Shown: one piece after another, positions 56,600 to 64,000 of the stretch
Layout: every line of letters begins with the position of its first letter
Position numbering within the stretch: the first letter of the stretch is position 1
Assembly (NCBI GenBank): GCA_951406725.2
Contig: OX597839.1
Span: 8,928,001 to 8,992,000 of the forward strand
Reading direction: 5' to 3'
Length of the DNA stretch: 64,000 nucleotides
Origin: Octopus vulgaris
Taxonomy: Eukaryota
Notes under the pieces: generated by a model
The model's input: the letters and a program-made list of their open reading frames with translations, nothing else
Told to the model about the DNA's origin: nothing
The model's database searches: none
Position numbers and translations under genes: made by a program

Positions 56600-58450
56600 C
56601 AGATAAGGAAATATGTCTTAGTTACACTTACAGACCTACCATAGTTAGGTTATTATCCAATTACACTAAATGTGTCTATGCCAGATTTAGAGAAATTTTT
56701 CTATGTGAATTTGACAGTAGGAATTCTCATTTTCTCTATGAAGGATGTGGGCATATTTATACAGAAGACTTGGGAATTATTAGTCATAAGGAATTGCGAT
56801 TGCTCATGTAGAAAGGAACTAAGTATAGGGACTCCAAAAGCATTAGTAAATTTAAGTTGGAGTTGTTATTGTTGGAATCAGAGGAGTTTTGCAAACAAGC
56901 TGAGTATTAAGTATAAGAGTAAGGTAAAGAATTTTGGAAAATGGAAAGAGAAGGGCAGTGGTGTTGTTGAAGAAAGGATCAGTAAGTTAAATGCAATGAT
57001 AGAAAAGGGGACAATTATTGATAGAGAAAAGGTTACATAATACATTCCCAAGGTGGATAAAATGTTTGTGGTAGTTCCTGTGGGTAAAGCACCAGGTAAT
57101 TTTGTAACTTAGTTGTGAGAAATATTCTATATTACTACAGAAATTAAAGAGTAATAAATATAATTTCTGTGGCACATATTACATATGAATTGAAGGCAGC
57201 AAGCTGGTGGAATCGTTACTGTGCCAGGAAAAATGCTTAATGGCATTTCATCTGTCTTCAGGTTCTGGATTCAAATGCCATTGAGGTTGACTTTGCCTTT
57301 CATTCTTTTGAGGGGGGTCAATCGATTTACCCCCTCCTTTGAACTTGTGGAGGCATGTAGCTTAGTGATTAGGGTGTTGGGCTCATGACCGTAAGATTGT
57401 AGTTTTGATTCCTGGACTGGGCGGTACATTGTGTTCTTGAGCAAAACCCTTCATTCCATGTTGCTCCAGTCCACTCAGCTAATGGTTAGGATGTTGCACT
57501 CATGACTTCCAGATTGTGGTTTCAATTCCTGGACTGGGCAATGCATTGTGTTCTTGAGCAAAACACTTCATTTCATGTTGCTCCAGTCCACTCAGCTGGC
57601 AAACAGTGAGTAATCCTGTGAGAAACTGGCATCCTGTCCAGGTGGAGAATTCATATACCATGGCAACTGGGAAACCTGCCCTTATGAGTCGACATGACTC
57701 GAGAAGGTAACTTTACCTTACTTCTTACCTCCCTTGAACTTGCTGGCCTTGCGCCAAAATTTGAAATCAAAATCACATATGAATTGATAATTAAGAAAAT
57801 GCAGGTCTTTAATTAAGAAATTAAAAGTTAAAATTAGATGGAAGTAAACTGGATGAAAGGAACAGATGTATCCTTAAGCACTTTTGGTTAACAAAACAAC
57901 ATGAGACACCTTACAGAAGCAAATTTATAGCAGGGGCTACAAAGGGACAAATAAGGGAATAGCTATTTCAGTTAATGGAGCACTGAATATTATAAGGATG
58001 AATTTTGTTTGAAATCAAACTAATGTCAGAGTTCTGGTTTGTTTGAAATATGAAGCATCAGACCTAGTTTGGAATTCTTGCAAAAAATTGAAATGCTTAA
58101 AAAAGGTTAAGACAATGTCTGTTTATAATCTTTCCCCATTGTATATTAATCATTTGACTGTGGCCATGCTGGAGCACCGCCTTTAGTCGAGCAACTCAAC
58201 CCCAGGACTTATTCTTTGTAAGCCTAGTACTTATTCTATCGGTATATACATATATACGATGGGCTTCTTTCAGTTTCCGTCTACCAAATCCACTCACAAG
58301 GCTTTGGTCGGCCCGAGGCTATAGTGGAAGACACTTGGCCAAGGTGCCACGCAGTGGGACTGAACCCGAAACCATGTGGTTGGTAAGCAAGCTACTTATC
58401 ACACAGCCACTCCTACACCAACATTCTGTGATGATAGAATCAAATGCCTG
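56600..58450 (+). mobile_element. Highly decayed Penelope-like retroelement RT region, interrupted by SINEs
   Basis: Collinear remnants across frames: SYTYRPTIV; GHIYTEDLGIISHKELR..KGTKYR; FVVVPVGKAPGN; FWLTKQHETPYRSKFIAGATK; SVYNLSPLYIN. These match the PLE motifs GHxxTGDL..KGPKYR, VPADKAxNN, YWxPKxHKxPY..RFIAG and xDFSTLYT as I recall them. Confidence 0.65.
57348..57722 (+). mobile_element. tRNA-derived SINE (family E) with duplicated head, nested in a decayed family B copy inside the PLE remnant
   Basis: Two repeats of ttagg.tgttg..ctcatgac...ttcctggactgggc...gtgttcttgagcaaaac..ttca...gctccagtccactcagct. The 3' half matches 48263-48400. Confidence 0.7.
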
Positions 58451-58582
58451 TGGTGTTCTGGATCACAATACAGGGTATCAATGGAAATTGAGATATTGTT
58501 GAGGAAATGTGTGATGGAATGACACTTACCCTCACCTGTACTGAGAGAAGAGAAAGGCTTGAAAAGCTTACTACAAAAGATT

Positions 58583-59025
58583 GTTAGTTAAGTTAAGTTA
58601 AGTTAAGTTAATTGTTTGGCTCAAAAAGCAAAAAGCAAGGCCATGTAGGGGGACATGGAGTTATGTACAGGGAGGGTGTTCATGCAAAGAGTTCAGGCCA
58701 TTTCTGGTCAAGAGAGACTTTGAACCGAGCGGTCGTTGGCATCTTCACTATCTTGTCCGGCAGCTTATTCCACGGATCCGCAACCCGGATGGAGAAAGCC
58801 CCTCGCCTTTGATTGAGATGAAATCGTCATAGATAGAGCTTTTCGGAGTGACCCCACAGCCGACGCTCTGGAGCAGAGTGAAGAACAGCTCTTTCGAGAG
58901 GTTACACTTTCCGCTAATGATGTTGTGAGCGAGAATGAGATCACCACAGCGTCGTTGTTTTTCTAGAGAATAAAGGTCGAGCGTCTTCAGCCTTTCTTCA
59001 TAAGACAAATGCTTGAGACGAACAT
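58583..59025 (-). mobile_element. 5'-truncated CR1-type LINE 3' end with (TAACT)n tail
   Basis: LKHLSYEERLKTLDLYSLEKQRRCGDLILAHNII...GHSEKL...AFSIRVADPWNKLP...FKVSLD, followed by 3'UTR and a tandem 5-mer tail (+ strand (agtta)n at 58583-58611). Confidence 0.88.
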
Positions 59026-59059
59026 GAAGTATGCATGAGAGGCAAAGGAACAACCCAAT

Positions 59060-59283
59060 GTAGACTTAAAAGCTGAAAATTGTATGGATGAGAGTACAGT
59101 TAAGGATAGGAAAGCACGGAAAACTGCTAGACCATTATTTATGATTTCTGGGATGCTGAAAAATATCAGGTGAAAAAAATATAGCTTAAGCTAACCACTC
59201 ACCTAGGCAGTCAGGTAGTACAGAATGGTGACGTACACAATGACTGGTATAATGGTATTACAATCAACTGCTACAAAGGCAAA
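59060..59283 (+). mobile_element. Decayed RTE-type LINE fragment (pre-RT region)
   Basis: Remnants such as ...MLK...QVVQNGDVHNDWYNGITINCYKGK resemble the RTE motif G.IP.DW..S.IV..YKGKG. Confidence 0.45.
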
Positions 59284-60136
59284 ACACAACTATTCACTTT
59301 AAAACCAAATGTATAAATTACATTGGTCAGTCAACCTCGTTTTCAGCTGTACATGATTACAGCATATTGTTAACGAGGAGGTATTTATTCACTCTTATTA
59401 CTAGTATTGACTTATGGTTTCTGGTTTTGTTTTATAGTTTTGACTGCATGTTTTGTCTCTTTTGTTTCACATATACATTTGTTTCACATAATACATTCGG
59501 CGAGCAATATGTATAATTTTCAGTTGCGATATTGTCTAATGTATTCGTTGCATTGTATTTTTGTCAACATTCATCAGTAACTTGGTCTTCTAAGTCTTTT
59601 TGAATATCAGTGGTTAATTAGCGTTTGTTTCATTGTGTGTGCGTTCCTTTATCAATTGTTTCATGTGTGGCAGAGAATCTAAATGCTCTCTGAAGTAGTG
59701 ATTTTATTACTGACACTTCGTAGTTATGCGAGCAATTTTGTTATCTCAATGCAGGTCTATGCATTTGTTTGTATCTGAATAAACTGACATAATGAATCTA
59801 TAGTTTTTACTCCGAACATTCATGTTTAGAAATGCAATTGCACTGGTATTGTTTTGGATGCTAAATATTAGTACTAAGCTGTTTTCTAGGTCTACATCCA
59901 ATTTCTCGGCCTTTTCTTTCTCGGCCTTTTCTAATGTGTCCATTATAAATAGTATATCAACTACTGTACATACCTAGTTATATGCTTGCATTGAGTGTTA
60001 TTTCATTTTCTATAGGTAGAATGTGGCAAACATGAGTCCTAAGGGAGAACTCATAGCGATTCCATCTTTTTGTTAATATAGCTTGCTTTATGGGCAAAGA
60101 AATTCTACTTCCAATGTGCAAGTTACTAACAGCTTG

Positions 60137-60186
<50 letters not shown>

Positions 60187-60205
60187 CATATATATATATA
60201 CATAT

Positions 60206-60715
60206 CATCATCATCATCATCATCATTTAGCGTCCGTTTTCCATGCTAGCATGGGTTGGACGGTTCAACTGGGGTCTGGGGAGCCCGAAGGCTGCACCAG
60301 GCCAGTCAGATCTGGCAGTGTTTCTACAGCTGGATGCCCTTCCTAACGCCAACCACTCCGAGAGTGTAGTGGGTGATTTTATGTGCCACCGACACAGGTG
60401 CCAGTCGAGGCTGGCGAACGGCCACGCTCGGATGGTGTTTTTATGTGCCACCGACACAGGTGCCAGTCGAGGCTGGCGAACGGCCACGCTCGGATGGTGT
60501 TTTTATGTGCCACCGACACAGGTGCCAGATGAGGCTGGCGGACGGCCACGATCGGATGGTGTTTGTTACGTCCCCAAAGCACGGAGGCCAGTCTATGCGG
60601 TACTGGCTACGGCCACGTTCGGATGATTTTCTTGTGTGCCACGGCCTGTACCACAAAGATACAAATTCCATTGATGTTCATCTATTTTGATTTGATTTTC
60701 ACTTGCCTCAACAGG
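60206..60715 (-). mobile_element. Family D SINE-like copy, near-identical inverted to 12560-13160
   Basis: Direct reverse-complement match; the ORF track gives nearly identical peptides on opposite strands. Confidence 0.88.
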
Positions 60716-61177
<462 letters not shown>

Positions 61178-61606
61178 ATGAAATCATGGGTGGCTTTATT
61201 TGGTACACAATTAATTGTTTCTGCTATTGGAATGTTGGTGAAAAGACTTGCTACATCTGAGAAACCTCCTTGATAACCTGATACTGTAATTCACTGGTGT
61301 GTATTTTTTGATAACGTTATTTTATTTCTTTGGCATCTTTATGTGTAGATGTATTTATTTGAAATATTATGCATCAGATTGGGGTTGTATTGATTCTGCA
61401 AATTTACTATACCATATAAAAGTGATGGAATGAATTCTCTTTCAGTGTGGGGGGAAAACAGATAAAGATACCAACAGTATGTTTTTACATTCGAGTTTTT
61501 GTGGCTACAGTCTTGGACTGGCTGAATGGTTTGCTCGCCCACAGGAAGGATGCTTTTTATGAGACATCACTCATGTGGATGGCTATTAGCTCACAATTGC
61601 GCTTCC

Positions 61607-61666
<60 letters not shown>

Positions 61667-63668
61667 AAATGTGTTAAATGGAGAAGCATAACAAGTGGAA
61701 ATTCTGCAAATAATAATGCATAGTAATACCAACCTTTTTCTATCAAGAGATTATATGCCCCAATGTAAGACTATTTGCTTTAGCCAATACACAGTGATAG
61801 CTTATAAAAATTAAACTTATAATTCATCATAAACATTATTACCACCGTTTAGCATCTGCCTTCCATGCTGGAATGGGTTGGACAGGCTTGACAGGACCTG
61901 GCCAGGTAGAAACTTGCACCAGACTTCTGCGTCTGTTTTGGCAGGGTTTTTATTGCTGGATGCCCTTCCTAATGCCAAGCACCTAGCAGTGTGTACTGAA
62001 TGCTTTTTACGTGGCACAAGCACAGGCGAGGTCAGTTTGGCATGGGTTTTACTGCTGGATGCCCTTCCAAACACCAACCGCTTCACAGTGTGGACAGGAT
62101 GCTTTTTAAGTGATACCAGCATTGGCAGAATCATCAAGAAACTTTCAAGACAAAGTTCCTTTGAGAGGGGAGGGGACATTGGGATCTTGTGTCAGATGAT
62201 GAAAGTTTATAGTGGGACAGAGAGACAGAAACAGGTGTGCTATTGTAAAGAAGATACATGGTTACCCAACCTGAGTGAAGAGCAGGAGGAGAGGGAGAAC
62301 AAGAGAGAGCAGGAGAAAAATGGGGACAAAATGCAGGGCATACTCACAAAGGACGGGGATCAGGATATAAATGGGTGGTTGAGTAAAAGAAGAGAGTGAG
62401 AGGTGGTGACACGTGCCAGAGCATACCCTTGAGGTATGGAGGTCATAATACAGACAAACAGACAGATAGATAGATATAAACATATTGGGTTCTTAATCCA
62501 TTTCTTTTGAATACAAAAGACATTTTTTTCCAAACAATTTAATTTCCTTAAGACATCTAAAAATAAATCACGGAGCACAAACAAAATGATGTTCTGGTTA
62601 ATCCATCAACTCTTTATTCAATTAATTTTATTTGTAATTATGGTGCAATGTTTCATTGGAGAATATCTACTTGTTGACTCACAAAATTTTGAAATAAATA
62701 AATTTGTAAAACAAATTTTCAAAAATACACAAAAATTTTCCCAATCTATTTTATATTTATTTAATTTTATTTTCAGTTGCCTACACATTTCAGTCTTGTA
62801 GATATCATCGGTAGAATTCTGAGTTTAAACATCAGAGATAATTATATTTGCATAGTTATGGAGTAGCATTAACCTCGAAATGATGGTATTTGTAGTCCCA
62901 GCAGAGCCATAGAATGTAGATTATTAATGAAGAAGAAATAAATGTGAAGAATATTATCATTTTGCTTTTGGTTCTTCATCTTCTTTGCAGTAAATCTAAG
63001 AGATTGTGTATTTGAACGTATGTGTACACGCAGACACACCCTCAAACATATACAGATTATATTTGTACATACACAAGCACAAACACACACACATATACAC
63101 ACAAAGGAATACTTTTATGGTAACATATGCAAAACAATCCAAGTGGAAGAAATTTGTGGAAAATAAAAATAAAGATAAAAAAAAAGAGTATCGGGAAGAA
63201 TTTGTTAAGTTGAATCTGAGGAAGATGAATGATGTTATGAAGGAAATAACAAAACAGTACAAGAAGTGAGCTCATGCAAGCAAGGCAGAACACATAAAAA
63301 TGGGGATTTAATGTACGTGTACAGACAGACAGACAGACAGACAGACAGGCACATACACACACTTATGTATATCTCTTGTGTGTTCTGTTACATGTATGAC
63401 TGCTACAGGTGAATTTAGTGCTTCAAACAGATTACTATCATCCAGTCTACTGCCAGTAAAGAGGTGTGGTCCTATGTATATATACATATACACATATATA
63501 CATATAAGAGACAGGTGTGGCTGTAAGGTAAGAAGTGTGCTTCCCTATCATGTGGTCTCAAGTTCAGTCCTACTGTGTGGCAACATGGGCAAGTGTCTTC
63601 TAATATGGCCCCAGACCAACCAAAGCTGTGTGAGTGGATTTGGTAGGCAGAAACCTAAAGAAGCTTAA

Positions 63669-64000
63669 GGCGGCAAGTTGGCAGAAACGTTAGCACGCCG
63701 GGCGAAATGCTTAGCGGTAATTCATCGGCCGTTACGTTTTGAGTTCAAATTCTGCCGAGGTCGACTTTGCCTTTCATCCTTTCGGGGTCGATAAATTAAA
63801 TACCAGTTACATACTGGGGTCGATGTAATCGACTTAATCCGTTTGTCTGTCCTTGTTTGTCCCCTCTGTGTTTAGCCCCTTGTGGGTAGTAAAGAAATAG
63901 GTATTTCATCGGCCATTATGTTTTGAGTTCAAATTCTGCCGAGGTCGACTTTGCCTTTCATGCTTTCGGGGTCGATAAATTAAGTACCAGTTACGCATTG
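63669..64000 (+). mobile_element. SINE family B with tandem partial duplication, running off the window end
   Basis: Same consensus as 740-970. Internal segment restarts at about 63900, as in 2022-2560. Confidence 0.85.

Noticed and set aside
59746-59943. 65-aa ORF MDTLEKAEKEKAEK... and Lys-rich ORF at 63006-63269
   Set aside because: No recognisable domain or splice structure, with stops in continuation. Possibly decayed retroelement ORFs.

Overview
AT-rich, repeat-saturated animal genomic DNA, not prokaryotic. The SINE families (tRNA-derived heads, internal (TA)n/(TG)n, RTE-type (GAT)n tails) and the extreme microsatellite load point to a cephalopod, most likely Octopus (inference from repeat recognition). 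Nearly all ORFs in the supplied track are microsatellite or SINE artefacts. The only well-supported host gene is on the minus strand: two in-phase spliced exons (46954-46383 and 42237-41993) encode matrin/U1-type C2H2 zinc fingers (ZNF385/ZMAT/ZNF346-like RNA-binding protein), with an S/T/N low-complexity tract and an RG-rich tail. Its upstream exons were not found. The rest is mobile DNA: dozens of SINEs of about 5 families, a full-length decayed mariner, a foldback mariner derivative, 8-bp-TSD and piggyBac-type MITEs (one self-nested), two non-autonomous Helitrons, CR1 and RTE LINE fragments, a decayed Penelope-like RT, long palindromic elements and two degenerate minimal hammerhead-like motifs. 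I found no convincing new multi-gene system. The most interesting signals are RNA-structural: hammerhead-like repeats, foldback elements, and inverted SINEs around exons of a probable dsRNA-binding gene.
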